Part shown: positions 1 through 11,698 of the stretch, in pieces
Position numbering within the stretch: position 1 is the first letter of the stretch
Layout: the number at the start of each line of letters is the position of its first letter
Source: an uncultured Hormoscilla sp.
GTDB lineage: Bacteria > Cyanobacteriota > Cyanobacteriia > Cyanobacteriales > Desertifilaceae
Direction: 5' to 3'
NCBI GenBank assembly: GCA_963921275.4
Contig: OZ001293.3
Coordinates: forward strand, 6,016,001 to 6,080,000
Length of the DNA: 64,000 nt
The notes under the pieces: model-generated
What the model was told of the DNA's origin: nothing
What the model saw: the letters and a program-made list of their open reading frames with translations, nothing else
Databases searched by the model: none
Translations under genes and position numbers: made by a program

Positions 1-1014
1 ATAGCGGTCCAAAACTAAAGCCAGTTCCTTACTAACTATCTCCAGGGAAGCATTCACCACCGCCGAATTCCGCAGACGGCTGAGCACTAACTTCGCCACA
101 TTTTCCCAGTCGATCGACTCACCTAAACTCTGAAGCAGATCCGCACCGCGACTTTGAATATAATTGCGCACCGCATCTCGGATCGTTTTCCGCAGCTGTC
201 GCACCGTCAACACTGGCAAATTTTGCAAAGATAAACTTTGCAACCATTCCGTGACGCTTTCTTTTACTCCCAGAGATACAATTAACTCACCGATCCGTTG
301 ATTAGTTTCTGACTTTTCATCCAAGCAATAGGTGCGCAAACGAGTCAGGGAGTTCCGCAAACCTAATAAATTAGCAACCACCCAATAAGTCCCACTGGAC
401 TTTTCCCGAAACCCTTCATCAATTACCTGGATATTGCGGTCCGTGAGAAAATCAATTATCGCCAGGCGGATCACTTCCGGCGGCACTACCATCTGAAACA
501 GCCAATCAGCAAGCGATCGGGCCTGTTCTTCAGTCATTTTAAATTCCACCAAAACTCGGTCAAAAATTTGATTAAGCTGTGATTGCAGGAAATCTTCCCG
601 TCGTGCTAATACCTTCATTAGCCTCGGTAGCGATTTTCCCAGTAAATCCCGGAGAATCCCTGCTAAGATATGAGTAGTTTTCTGCTCTTTATCAGATTGA
701 ATTTGGTCGAGCGCCAGCTTCAGCAACCAGAGAATCGCCGCCTGAGTTCGTTCCGTTTGCAGCAGGCGTTTTGCCAGATTTTGCAACTCCTCTGGCGTCA
801 GCAGCGACCCCATAATTATATCAGCGACCCGCTTTGCCAAACGTCCCTGGTTGCTAGGAATCAAACCCGGAGTAAAAGGCAACTTGCGCTTGCCGATATT
901 GATAGGTCGATAAGGGCGAAATAACATTTTAATGGCTAAATCATTCGTAAAATAGCCAATCACTCCACCCGCCAGGGGCGGAATCATATAAATCCATAAT
1001 TCTGAGAGATTCAA
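1..1014 (-). CDS. DUF445 family membrane protein (partial, runs off left edge)
   Basis: Manual translation from TTG at 1014: [36 protein letters not shown], the typical DUF445 N-terminus. Confidence 0.8.
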   Translation of the reverse strand, partial: MNLSELWIYMIPPLAGGVIGYFTNDLAIKMLFRPYRPINIGKRKLPFTPGLIPSNQGRLAKRVADIIMGSLLTPEELQNLAKRLLQTERTQAAILWLLKLALDQIQSDKEQKTTHILAGILRDLLGKSLPRLMKVLARREDFLQSQLNQIFDRVLVEFKMTEEQARSLADWLFQMVVPPEVIRLAIIDFLTDRNIQVIDEGFREKSSGTYWVVANLLGLRNSLTRLRTYCLDEKSETNQRIGELIVSLGVKESVTEWLQSLSLQNLPVLTVRQLRKTIRDAVRNYIQSRGADLLQSLGESIDWENVAKLVLSRLRNSAVVNASLEIVSKELALVLDRY

Positions 1015-1078
1015 GGCAACAATCTTATTCGTCAGGAACGTAGGATGGGCGTCTCGCCTGTCCGTAATGAATAACTAA

Positions 1079-1780
1079 TCAGGCTTTTGTAACTACCAAT
1101 ACTCCCATCATACCGCTAGCTATGGGATAATGTGTAGCGATCGCAAATCCAGCAAGACGAGCCAAAGTCACCTGTCCTCTGCCATTGGGGAAACGCTCCA
1201 AACTAGGAAGAATATAAGCATATTCTTCCCTCAGACCCAGTTGCTGGGCGACTGGCACCACAATATTGTCTAGATACCACTGCTGAAAAGCTCGACCATA
1301 GGGCTGACTGGGACGATGAAAATCTAGGATAGCAGCTAACGCACCCGGTTTGAGCACCCGATGCAACTCCTGGAGACAACCGGGAATATCCATTACGTTC
1401 CGCAGTCCATAGCTCATGGTCGCCGCATCAAAGAAATTATCGATAAAAGGTAAATTCACAACATCAGCTTCTACCCAGCAAATGTCCTGCTTCGGGTACT
1501 GGCGATCGCACCGTTCTTGGGCGATCGCCAGGAGTTGCGGCGCAAAATCCACCCCATAGACTCTACCAGAAGCACCCACCTGACGTCCCAGTAACAAAGC
1601 CATATCCCCACTGCCACAGCACAGGTCCAAGCATACATCTCCAGCCTTTGCCTCACACCACTTGAGAGTCATTTGCTTCCAAACCCGGTGTTGACCCAGA
1701 CTCAACCAGTCATTGAGTCTATCATATACCGGTGCTATCCGGTCAAAGATAGCGCGAACTTGAGAGTCACTGGTCATCAT
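1079..1780 (-). CDS. menG: Demethylmenaquinone/demethylphylloquinol methyltransferase (UbiE/MenG family)
   Basis: FDRIAPVYDRLND, LDLCCGSGD SAM motif, YGLRNV, RVLKPG. Confidence 0.9.
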   Translation of the reverse strand: MMTSDSQVRAIFDRIAPVYDRLNDWLSLGQHRVWKQMTLKWCEAKAGDVCLDLCCGSGDMALLLGRQVGASGRVYGVDFAPQLLAIAQERCDRQYPKQDICWVEADVVNLPFIDNFFDAATMSYGLRNVMDIPGCLQELHRVLKPGALAAILDFHRPSQPYGRAFQQWYLDNIVVPVAQQLGLREEYAYILPSLERFPNGRGQVTLARLAGFAIATHYPIASGMMGVLVVTKA

Positions 1781-2741
1781 GCAGGAGTTTTATAGTCGCG
1801 AGCACATACTAGCATCAGGGCCACCTGTTGAGCACAGAGGTGAATCAGTACCACTTCATCCTCTCGGAGTTTGCTGGGTTGCTGCCATTGCAGGGACAGC
1901 ACTGCTAGCATTTCGCTTTGATAGATAATGGGCACAACCAGATGAGCTTGAATGCCACTGGCTTTGTAATGCTCCAAATTCCCATGAGCTTTATCACCTG
2001 GGATATTCGGCAAAATCTGAAATTCTATAGACCCGATCGCCTCCTTTACCAGAGGATCTTCCGCCAGCCAATTAGACCGTTCACTAGCAGGACTATAACT
2101 ACCTTGAGTTGCTTGTAGCTGCTCGGTTTCCATCAGTTGAAGGATACAGACATCCGCTGCGAAATTCTTGCCAAAAGCCATCGCGATCGGGTCTAGGGAG
2201 TCCGACAAGCTTAATTTTTCCCCGCCACCTGGACGATCGTCTTCAGCAGTGCCATTTGAGCCTCAGCCAGTTGCAACTCCAGAGTCTTTTGCTTCAGGAG
2301 TTCATAGGTCTCTACCGCCCGTTGCACCACCCCCTTCAACTCATTCGGGTCCCAAGGCTTAGTGATGTACTTATAGACCTGTCCGGAATTTATTGCATCC
2401 ACCAGGTCTTCTACATCCGTAAAACCCGTGAGGATAATCCGCATTGTATTCGGGAAATCCGGCACCGTCTTACTCAGGAACTCCGTTCCCTTCATCTCCG
2501 GCATCCACTGGTCAGAGATGATCACAGCCACTTCACCTTCTTTGGCCAGTACATCCAAAGCCTCTATACCACTATCGGCTTTGTACACTTGAAAATCTCG
2601 CCTGAATGTACGGTATAGCAGATCCAGATTATCTGGCTCATCGTCCACCACCATCATCTTCGGCTTCTGCTTCTTTTGTCGTCGCTCCATACTCATCAAC
2701 TTGCCGCTGATATATTCCAGCTCCGGTATAGGATTTTTCAT
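1777..2741 (-). pseudogene. Response regulator (receiver + GAF), split by a frameshift near 2215
   Basis: Receiver motifs VVDDE, ISDQWMP, KPW in 2211..2741; GAF-like part 1777..2208 continues in another frame across a GGGAAAAA run. Could be a sequencing error. Confidence 0.75.
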
Positions 2742-2962
2742 ACAATAGTCTCTCCTTGCTGCAATTTACCGACAAGCAGCCAGTCTATCTGCATCCCTTA
2801 TCCTTGGGTATCATGAGAGTGGACTCACCACTTGTGCAGTCCTAGGCCCTCAAGTAGATCCAACTGTCGGCCCTTTGGCAAGGAATCAACCGATCAAAAG
2901 CGTCAGCCCTCTCACAAGCCCCCGGAGTGTATATTTTTCCCAGCCATCATCTCTTTGGTCTT

Positions 2963-3013
2963 CGATATCCCCCAGAGGGGACGCTTTCGGTGTGTCCCCT
3001 CTGGGGGATATCG
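2963..3013. terminator. Perfect 20-bp-stem hairpin downstream of the 3023..3334 gene
   Basis: CGATATCCCCCAGAGGGGAC ... GTCCCCTCTGGGGGATATCG, ending 10 nt past the stop codon of a minus-strand gene. Confidence 0.55.
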
Positions 3014-3022
3014 CCGATCGAT

Positions 3023-3334
3023 TTACTCTGCCGATCGCATCGGATACCCAACTACCACCCGATTAAGACTGGTCTCTGTCTGACCGGCTATTCTTCCCTT
3101 CCCCTCTTGTGGTATCACCCAGGTTAGAGATTGCTTATACTCACTTGCGTGAATCTGTTGCATGTAGCCAACATAATGTCCCATCAGGAAATAAACTGCT
3201 ACCATAGCGGCAGCCGCTACTGCTACCAGAAAGCCTGCTAACATCAAGGAAAACTCCTGCTGCTCAACCGCTTCTTCCATCAAGCGGAGAGACCAGGCTA
3301 CCAATAATATCACAATTACCAGAATCATAAACAT
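3023..3334 (-). CDS. Small hypothetical membrane protein
   Basis: Two hydrophobic segments flanking LMEEAVEQQEFSLMLAG. Confidence 0.6.
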   Translation of the reverse strand: MFMILVIVILLVAWSLRLMEEAVEQQEFSLMLAGFLVAVAAAAMVAVYFLMGHYVGYMQQIHASEYKQSLTWVIPQEGKGRIAGQTETSLNRVVVGYPMRSAE

Positions 3335-3527
3335 GGTTTTTACCTAACCCGATCTTGACTCAATCGACCTTGACTGAATTTTTATCCCACTTTCCGCACG
3401 ACAATTTGTCTCATACCTCGTAGTAGGTATTTTTTTGTAATATTACTATTAAATACTTTTTGTAATACGTACTATCTGGCAATTTAGCAAACAATACGAT
3501 GCACTCTGCCCGCGCTACTCGCACTGC

Positions 3528-3691
3528 TTAATGTGCTCTGCGCGCTTGATGTCCCCACGATATCTCTTGTGTGCCGTGCGCGCAGCGTGGCGCAGCCATG
3601 TCCCCTGGGACAAGAGCACAACAAGAGATATCTCTTGACGCACGGCGAAAACCCGGGGGACATCATCTGAGCACTACGCAGAGCACATTAA
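3528..3691. repeat. Long nested inverted repeat (MITE-like or structured RNA)
   Basis: TTAATGTGCTCTGCG/CGCAGAGCACATTAA, TGATGTCCCC/GGGGACATCA and GATATCTCTTGT/ACAAGAGATATC pair concentrically. Confidence 0.6.
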
Positions 3692-4116
3692 TCGCACATC
3701 GACGTCTGATTTTTAGCGTAGCGTGTTGCACATTTTGGGGATGATGCCATTGTTTGCACATAACTGAAAGTGGCTTATAGTCTAGGTTTAAGACTTATGC
3801 AATGAGTGACTTTAACATCCGGGCTCTTAAGAAAATCTGTTAGTAGTTTTAGTTGTCCATTGTCAGATCATTTTTACCTCACTTTTCAATCTGTACGTAA
3901 TTTGATTAAAGCATAAAAACTGCTACAAGTCAAGCCCGGCAAAAGTTTCGCTCTTATTCTGTAACAATTTTAGTTCAATGCCAACGAGTGTTTATCTGAT
4001 AGTTTAGCTTCCCAAGTACCGAAGAGCCACAATGTTGATGTATTTGCCGCTCACTTGCGCGAGTCGGGCGCGATGTGTGGGCTTAGATTTTGTCTAAGTC
4101 CCGCTAGGCAACCCAA

Positions 4117-4887
4117 TCACTCAAAGCGGACGGGGACTTGGCGGCCTGCCAGATGCTGTTTAATTTGACTTACTGTTAATTGTCCGCAATGCAGTAGGGA
4201 AGCTAAGAGGGCGGCTTCGGCTTGGCCCGTGGTGAGGGCTTGATAGATGTGGTCGCAGTTGCCAGCACCACCAGAGGCAATCACGGGAATTTCCACTGCT
4301 TCGGCAATGGTGCGGGTAAGTTCCAAGTCATATCCCGCCTGGGTGCCATCGGCGTCCATGCTGGTGACTAGCAATTCACCGGCACCGCGTTGCTCTACTT
4401 CTTGGGCCCAGCTGATGGCGTCAAGACCAGTGTTTTCCCTGCCGCCGCGCACGTAGACATCCCAACCGGGGTTAGCTCGATCTGATCGTCGTCTAGCGTC
4501 AATGGCCACGACAATACATTGATTCCCGAAGCGGGAACTGGCTCGATTAATAAAGTCGGGGTCGCGCACCGCTGCTGAGTTGATACTCACTTTATCGGCC
4601 CCAGCTCTTAACAAATCTTTAATCATTTGCTCCGATCCGATACCGCCACCGACAGTCAAGGGAATAAATACCTGTTCGGCTGTGCGGTAGACGACATCGA
4701 TAATGATATCCCGGTCTTCGTGGGTAGCGGTGATATCCAAAAAAACGAGCTCGTCAGCACCAGCGTCATTGTAGACCTGTGCTAATTCTACAGGATCGCC
4801 AGCATCAATGAGGTTGACAAAATTGACGCCTTTGACTACCCGACCAGCTTTGACATCCAGACAAGGCAAAATTCGCCTGGCTAACAT
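4117..4887 (-). CDS. hisF: Imidazole glycerol phosphate synthase subunit HisF
   Basis: [45 protein letters not shown] at 4887 is the likely start. Confidence 0.97.
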   Translation of the reverse strand: MLARRILPCLDVKAGRVVKGVNFVNLIDAGDPVELAQVYNDAGADELVFLDITATHEDRDIIIDVVYRTAEQVFIPLTVGGGIGSEQMIKDLLRAGADKVSINSAAVRDPDFINRASSRFGNQCIVVAIDARRRSDRANPGWDVYVRGGRENTGLDAISWAQEVEQRGAGELLVTSMDADGTQAGYDLELTRTIAEAVEIPVIASGGAGNCDHIYQALTTGQAEAALLASLLHCGQLTVSQIKQHLAGRQVPVRFE

Positions 4888-5000
4888 GAGTATTTCCTCC
4901 CTCAGTAAACAGGGATATTGTACGAGTTCGGGAGGCAAAACTCTTGATGTGTATCCCTGTTGCTATAAACTGTGGAGTTGGAGAACTAACAGAAAGTGCA

Positions 5001-5204
5001 ATGGAAATCGGTCAGAAGGTAAAAGTGCAGGGCGTGATAGATCGCAGCATGCCCGGCAAGATGGTCAAGCAGCTCCAGCAAAATCCAGTGGGAACCATTG
5101 TGGGGTACAAAATGGTCGATCGCTCGGAAGTGGGTTTTGTGGTCAAGTTTGACGAGGAGTTGTCCACCTGGTTCTTTGAAGAGGAACTCGAACAGGTTAA
5201 CTAG
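5001..5204 (+). CDS. petP: Cytochrome b6f subunit PetP-like SH3 protein
   Basis: MEIGQKVKV...G.IVGYKMVD....FVVKFD....TWFFEEEL. Confidence 0.8.
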   Translation: MEIGQKVKVQGVIDRSMPGKMVKQLQQNPVGTIVGYKMVDRSEVGFVVKFDEELSTWFFEEELEQVN

Positions 5205-5294
5205 ACCTCTGTCCTGTTGGGCTCTGATCGCGCAGCGGAGCGACGCGGAGGCGCTGCGCTAGACTAAAATGAGAGTTGCTGTAGAAAAACAGAG

Positions 5295-6458
5295 ATGGCC
5301 GTGATTTTGACATTTTTGGGCAAGGGCGGCACGGGCAAAACTACCCTGGCGATCGGGGCGGCCAAGCGGTTTGCAAGTCAAGGGAAGCGGGTGCTGCTGG
5401 CACTCACTTCCCCGGCATCGGCCTTGCTGCTGGGCCAGTCCCTCAATGCGGAACCGCAGGAGATCGCCCCGAATTTGCAGGGCGTGCAGCTGTTGAGTAC
5501 CCCTATGCTCGCTAAGGGTTGGCAAGAGGTGAAACAACTGGAAGCTGAATACCTCCAAAAACCGTTTTTTCAGGCGGTATTCGGTGAAGAACTAGGTGTA
5601 TTGCCGGGAATGGACAGTTTCATAAGACTATATGCACTCTGGAAGTATGACGCTAGCGGCAATTATGATGCGATCGTCTACGATGGGGATGGCGATCTGT
5701 CCACCCTGCGGATGCTGGGTACGCCAGAAATTTTCAGCTGGTATATCCGCCGCTTCCGTCAGGTGTTGATCGATTCTGAACTGGGCCAGGCCCTATCGCC
5801 TTTTGTGGGACCGGTCAGTGCGGCGGTGCTGAATGGGGACTGGTCGGCGGATAACTTCGCTCAACCAACCCAGCAGGTGGATCGGATTCTGGATGAGGGA
5901 AAGGCAAAGATCGCTGACCCGCAGCAGGTGACAGCTTATCTGGTGATTACTGATGACCCAGGGGCGATCGCCACGGCCCGTTACCTTTGGGGTAGCGCTC
6001 AACAAGTAGGTTTGACCGTTGGCGGCGTGATTCTGAATAAGTCGGTAGTGGCGGATACGGAGGCAGCAAACTTTGCCGAAAGTCTCAGCTCACTCTTAGA
6101 AACTTTTGATGATGAAGCGACTAACACTTCACAGGTAAAGGAGCAGTTCGCTCCTTTGCCTGTGAGCGTAGTTCCCTTCAGCCCAAGTCAGGAGTGGGAG
6201 GCGATAATGTCAAGCCTGCCAGATTTCTCGTCAGCCACACAGGCTCCTAGACCGCTGACGATTGATGTCAATGTTGGTAGGGTGACTCTATTTTTGCCCG
6301 GTTTTGATAAAAAACAGGTGAAGCTGACCCAATATGGTCCGGAAATTACGATCGAAGCGGGGGACCAGCGGCGCAATATCCTTTTGCCAAAGCAACTGAG
6401 TGGTAAACCTGTTAAGGGCGCTAAGTTTCAGGATGGTTATTTGATCATTTCCTTCTAG
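5295..6458 (+). CDS. ArsA/Get3-family ATPase with C-terminal HSP20-like domain
   Basis: FLGKGGTGKTT P-loop, LPGMDS, C-terminal LFLPGFDKKQVKLTQYGPEITIEAGDQRRNI. Confidence 0.88.
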   Translation: MAVILTFLGKGGTGKTTLAIGAAKRFASQGKRVLLALTSPASALLLGQSLNAEPQEIAPNLQGVQLLSTPMLAKGWQEVKQLEAEYLQKPFFQAVFGEELGVLPGMDSFIRLYALWKYDASGNYDAIVYDGDGDLSTLRMLGTPEIFSWYIRRFRQVLIDSELGQALSPFVGPVSAAVLNGDWSADNFAQPTQQVDRILDEGKAKIADPQQVTAYLVITDDPGAIATARYLWGSAQQVGLTVGGVILNKSVVADTEAANFAESLSSLLETFDDEATNTSQVKEQFAPLPVSVVPFSPSQEWEAIMSSLPDFSSATQAPRPLTIDVNVGRVTLFLPGFDKKQVKLTQYGPEITIEAGDQRRNILLPKQLSGKPVKGAKFQDGYLIISF

Positions 6459-6467
6459 CGATCGCTA

Positions 6468-6516
6468 ATCCCTGTCTCCTGGGAGTGCGGTTGAACACTA
6501 CCCAGGAGACAGGGAT
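6468..6516 (+). terminator. 16-bp-stem hairpin after the ArsA-family gene
   Basis: ATCCCTGTCTCCTGGG ... CCCAGGAGACAGGGAT. Confidence 0.5.
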
Positions 6517-6584
6517 GGCTAATCTGTGGTAATTAGCCATTAGCACCAAAAAAAAAGTATATTTGCATATGGGAAAAGGGAAAA

Positions 6585-7817
6585 ATGACAGAGGATTCTA
6601 CAGGGGAAAACCGCAGATCGAGAAGAAGGCGGATGTCGGCTAGCCAGGAAAGGGGTGCCGATTTTTCCGGAACGGTAGGACCAGAGAAGTCCCTCGAACA
6701 AGGAGATTTAACTAAGGACTCCGGAGAAGTTACAAAGGATTCTACAGAATATTCCCGCAGATCGAGAAGAAGGCGGATGTCGGCCAGCCAGGAGGGGGAT
6801 GCCGAAGGGGGAGATTTAACTAAGGACTCCGAAGAAGTTACAAAGGATTCTACAAGATCTTCCCGCAGAGCCAGAAGCAGGCAGATGCTGGGCATGAAGG
6901 ATGCGGATACGGAAGGGGTAGAAAAGTCGATCTGGAAAATCCGCTTGCAACTGATGAAGCCGATCACCTGGATACCCCTGATCTGGGGTGTGGTCTGCGG
7001 GGCGGCGTCTTCGGGAAATTTTACCTGGACAATAGAGAATGTTTTGGTCGCTGCTGCCTGTATGTTGCTGTCTGGCCCTTTGATGACCGGATATACTCAA
7101 ACTTTGAATGATTTGTATGATGCGGAAATAGACGCGATTAATGAACCTTATCGTCCCATTCCCTCGGGTGCGATTTCTAAGGAGCAGGTGCAGATCCAGA
7201 TTTGGGTGTTGCTATTGGCGGGGTTGGCAGTGGCCTATGTTTTGGATGTCTGGGCGGGTCACGATATGAAGGTGCTTAGCGCGATCGCAGTGGGTGGGGC
7301 TTATTTGTCTTACATTTATTCTGCTCCTCCTTTGAAACTGAAGAAAAATGGCTGGTTGGGAAATTACGCCCTCGGCGCTAGTTACATCTCTCTGCCTTGG
7401 TGGGCGGGTCATAGTTTATTTGGTCAGTTGAACTGGACAATTATCATTCTGACTCTATTCTACAGTTTGGCGGGGTTGGGGATTGCAGTTGTGAATGATT
7501 TCAAAAGTGTGGAAGGAGATAAAGAACAGGGGTTAAATTCTTTGCCAGTTATGTTTGGCGTGACGACGGCAGCTTGGATATCGGTGGTCATGATTGATGT
7601 TTTTCAAGCGGGTATCGGTGCTTATCTGATCGGCATTCACGAAAATTTGTATGGCGCGATCGTGCTACTGCTGATTATTCCCCAAATCACTTTTCAGGAT
7701 ATGTATTTCCTGCGCAATCCTTTGGAAAATGATGTTAAATATCAGGCTAGCGCTCAACCTTTCTTGGTACTGGGAATGCTGATAACAGGTTTGGCCTTGG
7801 GTCATGCAGGTGTTTGA
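6585..7817 (+). CDS. chlG: Chlorophyll synthase with a repeat-expanded N-terminus
   Basis: RQMLGMK, WKIRLQLMKPITWIPLIWGV, DAINEPYRPIPSG, NDFKSVEGD, ENDVKYQASAQPF. Confidence 0.96.
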   Translation: MTEDSTGENRRSRRRRMSASQERGADFSGTVGPEKSLEQGDLTKDSGEVTKDSTEYSRRSRRRRMSASQEGDAEGGDLTKDSEEVTKDSTRSSRRARSRQMLGMKDADTEGVEKSIWKIRLQLMKPITWIPLIWGVVCGAASSGNFTWTIENVLVAAACMLLSGPLMTGYTQTLNDLYDAEIDAINEPYRPIPSGAISKEQVQIQIWVLLLAGLAVAYVLDVWAGHDMKVLSAIAVGGAYLSYIYSAPPLKLKKNGWLGNYALGASYISLPWWAGHSLFGQLNWTIIILTLFYSLAGLGIAVVNDFKSVEGDKEQGLNSLPVMFGVTTAAWISVVMIDVFQAGIGAYLIGIHENLYGAIVLLLIIPQITFQDMYFLRNPLENDVKYQASAQPFLVLGMLITGLALGHAGV

Positions 7818-8572
7818 GCAAAGTCCCAAGTTTGGAGATGCCAACCGCCTCCTGCTACTACTACTGCTGCGATATAGCCAGACCCAGGATTGATTTGCTT
7901 GAGAGACCATCCTGGGTCTGGCTGTTGTTTGTCTGTTCTCGCGTTCCCAGGCGGAGCAGTGGGAACGAGGTGCGGTTCTTTTGTGGTGAGGGAAACTTCG
8001 ATGTTTTCTAATCCTACTAACCCATCTCCGGTGGCTTTCAGATAGGCTTCTTTACAAGTCCAGTAATGAAAAAATACTCGGGGCTGTTCTTGGGGAGCTA
8101 CAGAACTAATAGCGGTATATTCCCGATGGCTAAAGAAGCGCTTGGCTAGTTGTTCTGCTTCTAGATCCCGAATGTATTCTAGATCGATGCCGATTTCTCT
8201 GTCTAGGGCGATCGCATACAAGGCTAGTCCGTGGGAATGGGAAAGGTTAAATTCTAGTTTGCCAAAAGTAACGCTGTTAGCTTCATCAAGGGCGGGTTTG
8301 CCACGGGGACTATAACTGAACTTTACCTGACTTGCTGCTATGCTTAGGTAGTTGCCCAGGATATTTCTGAGGATACCGCGAGCGGCGATGAAATGCAGGC
8401 GATCTCGCTGGAAATAAAATCGCGCCGCCCTTTGCTGTTCATCTTCCGAGAGGGTGGGGAGTAGTTGCAGGATCTGCTGTTCTGGTAAGTTGAGGTTAGC
8501 CCGCCAGACATGGACTACATCTGACGAGGGTTGTAAAGAAGCTGGCGCTAGTTGCCACGGGGTCGGTGTCAT
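7802..8572 (-). CDS. Sfp/HetI-type 4'-phosphopantetheinyl transferase
   Basis: GKP, FNLSHS, IGIDLE and WTCKEAYLKATG motifs. Confidence 0.92.
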   Translation of the reverse strand: MTPTPWQLAPASLQPSSDVVHVWRANLNLPEQQILQLLPTLSEDEQQRAARFYFQRDRLHFIAARGILRNILGNYLSIAASQVKFSYSPRGKPALDEANSVTFGKLEFNLSHSHGLALYAIALDREIGIDLEYIRDLEAEQLAKRFFSHREYTAISSVAPQEQPRVFFHYWTCKEAYLKATGDGLVGLENIEVSLTTKEPHLVPTAPPGNARTDKQQPDPGWSLKQINPGSGYIAAVVVAGGGWHLQTWDFAQTPA

Positions 8573-8654
8573 AAGCTAAGAAGCTAGGAACGGGCGATAA
8601 GTTATCAGTGAGCAGTTACTAGCGCAATAAAGGATAAGATTAACTACAATAATA

Positions 8655-9707
8655 TTGTACTTAGGAACAAGGATTAAACAAGATGATCATCCGAGAAGCC
8701 ATAAAGTATTGTCAGCGCGGGCGTTTCAGACGAGTTTGACACCCCTCTTGGTGAAAACGATTCAGAACATGGGAGTAGAGCACAGATATTCTGTACTGAA
8801 TAATTCTCCAGAAATAATCCTTTGCAAAGAGGAGATGCAACTCTGTACCACCGCCACAGAGTTGGGGGCTACAGCGGTAAGGAAATGCCTCACATTTGCA
8901 GATGTGGCTCCTGATGAGGTAGGCTTGCTGATTACAGCAACGAACACCCAGAGTCGCTTGCTACCCGGTCTCGCTCCAGATATAATGGTTTTATTACATG
9001 GTATTCTCAAGCCAGATATAAGTATCATTAATATGCAGGGTCAAGGTTGTGCAGCTTTGCTCAAAGCTGTGGAGGTAGCCCAGTGGTATCTGCTCGCTAA
9101 CTCTGACAAAAAAGCCCTAGTATTGATGTCTGAGGCTGCCACACCTTACACCATAAAACATCTTGCTGGTAGAGCAATCCAAGCCTTTTTATTTGGTGAT
9201 GGCGCGGTGGCTTTACTCCTAGGATCCCAGAATAATGGATCTGGTGCGAGTTGTGGGTCAATCTGTCACTTAACCAACGAAAAACCAGATGATGCTAACT
9301 TACTTGTGATGTCCGAGGGTGGTACTTCCCATCCGGTCGTACATGGCGTGCCGCGATACTGGATGCGATCGGAAGTCCCCAAGCGCGGGGCTGCTTATGC
9401 AGCAGCAACGGTAAAGGCCCTCCTGGAACATCCCAGATCGCCCATCAACCACCTGGAGGAAGCGAAAGTTGGTCTGATTCACACAGGTAGTCGCAAGATC
9501 CTCGATGGAGTTTGTCATAAACTGGGTTTATCTCCAAGTTCCCCGAAAGTCGCTCTATCCTACGATATTTTACGCAAGTATGGCAATCTGTCTAGCGCCT
9601 CGGTGGGATTTATGTTGGCAGAGGGTGACTTTACTAGCGGAACGGGTTTTATGATTATTTTTGGGATTGGATTTAGTGCCAGTGCGGGAATTATCACGTT
9701 TTCGTAA
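8655..9707 (+). CDS. Type III polyketide synthase (chalcone-synthase-like); start uncertain
   Basis: Catalytic Cys in GQGCAA, LFGDGA, His in HTGSRKIL, Asn in YGNLSSAS, FGIGF. Confidence 0.8.
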   Translation: MYLGTRIKQDDHPRSHKVLSARAFQTSLTPLLVKTIQNMGVEHRYSVLNNSPEIILCKEEMQLCTTATELGATAVRKCLTFADVAPDEVGLLITATNTQSRLLPGLAPDIMVLLHGILKPDISIINMQGQGCAALLKAVEVAQWYLLANSDKKALVLMSEAATPYTIKHLAGRAIQAFLFGDGAVALLLGSQNNGSGASCGSICHLTNEKPDDANLLVMSEGGTSHPVVHGVPRYWMRSEVPKRGAAYAAATVKALLEHPRSPINHLEEAKVGLIHTGSRKILDGVCHKLGLSPSSPKVALSYDILRKYGNLSSASVGFMLAEGDFTSGTGFMIIFGIGFSASAGIITFS

Positions 9708-9782
9708 TCCCAAAGATGGGCGAGCGTACCCATAATTGTGTATTCTAGAGCTAGTTTATTGAATTTTTGAGGTTAACTACTG

Positions 9783-9968
9783 ATGCCTATATTAATGGAA
9801 GCTGGTACGTTCCCGCTCTATTTTACCCTGGTGTATGTCGGAGGCTTTATTGCTGCTGTCACTATTGGCTCGATCGCCTGGTATAATTCCAAGCGTCCTG
9901 CTGGTTGGGAAGATGCCAAGCGTCCGGACATTGTACCTGAAATTAAGCCAAAAGACAAGGATAAATAA
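9783..9968 (+). CDS. psb35: Photosystem II assembly protein Psb35
   Basis: FPLYFTLVYVGGFIAAVTIGSIAWYNSKRPAGWE. Confidence 0.8.
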   Translation: MPILMEAGTFPLYFTLVYVGGFIAAVTIGSIAWYNSKRPAGWEDAKRPDIVPEIKPKDKDK

Positions 9969-10264
9969 ACTATCGGGACTGCTGCTTTAACCGCACCATG
10001 AAAAATCCATCCATTTGATGTCGGTGGGGCCAGACTTTTACCCATCCCATGGCTGCGCCACGCTGCGCGATCGGCGGCGCAGGGGTGGGTCTATTTTCCA
10101 GTGGGGATGCTTCTCTAGAAATGCCTCAATAACTCTTTCGTTCTCTAAGGGATGCAGGGTACAGGAGGCATACTGGTTTATGCCTCCTGCTTTTACCAAT
10201 TATGCTGTATGTTCTAGCAGTTCTATCTGCAATGCTGATAGTTCAGTGCGACTCGTTCAGTGTA

Positions 10265-11098
<834 letters not shown>

Positions 11099-11698
11099 AA
11101 CCACCGGTGATAACCGAAGGGGGACCACTGGCAAGGCTCCATTAGCCTTGATAACTTTTAGATGATGGTGGTGAAAGCCCACCCCTCCAGGTGCAGGAGT
11201 GACAGCACTTACCCCACGGTAGCGATGGCATCAATCCGTGAAGCGGGTACGAAAGGCGCCCTGGCTGGTAGCCTAAACCGGTCATCGCCGATTTTTCGCG
11301 CAGCGTGCAAGTAGTCACGGTGAGCGAAAGCAAAGATTTACAGTGTCGTTACGACAAACCAGCGTAATAAGGCTAAACACGCTGGCCCAAAAGGGAAAGG
11401 ATAATGGTCATTGGCGGTTCCTTTTCCGACCAATAAGCACCGACAATAAACCCGGCATAAGGAATCCACCTAAAACTACGACCAATCATCTAGAGGAACG
11501 AAGTAAACCAGGTACATACTCTCAACCACCGGTCGATAGGTTGAGCAGCCACCAAAGGCGCAACATCTGCTTACATTCGGCAGGTTATATCTGGGAAAGA
11601 TTTCGCGGAGAAGCTAACGCCTTTCTGTAATGGATGGGATATGCTGACGCCCTCACGGTAACGTCAATTGTAAAGTTGTAAGTAGCAATACATACGTC

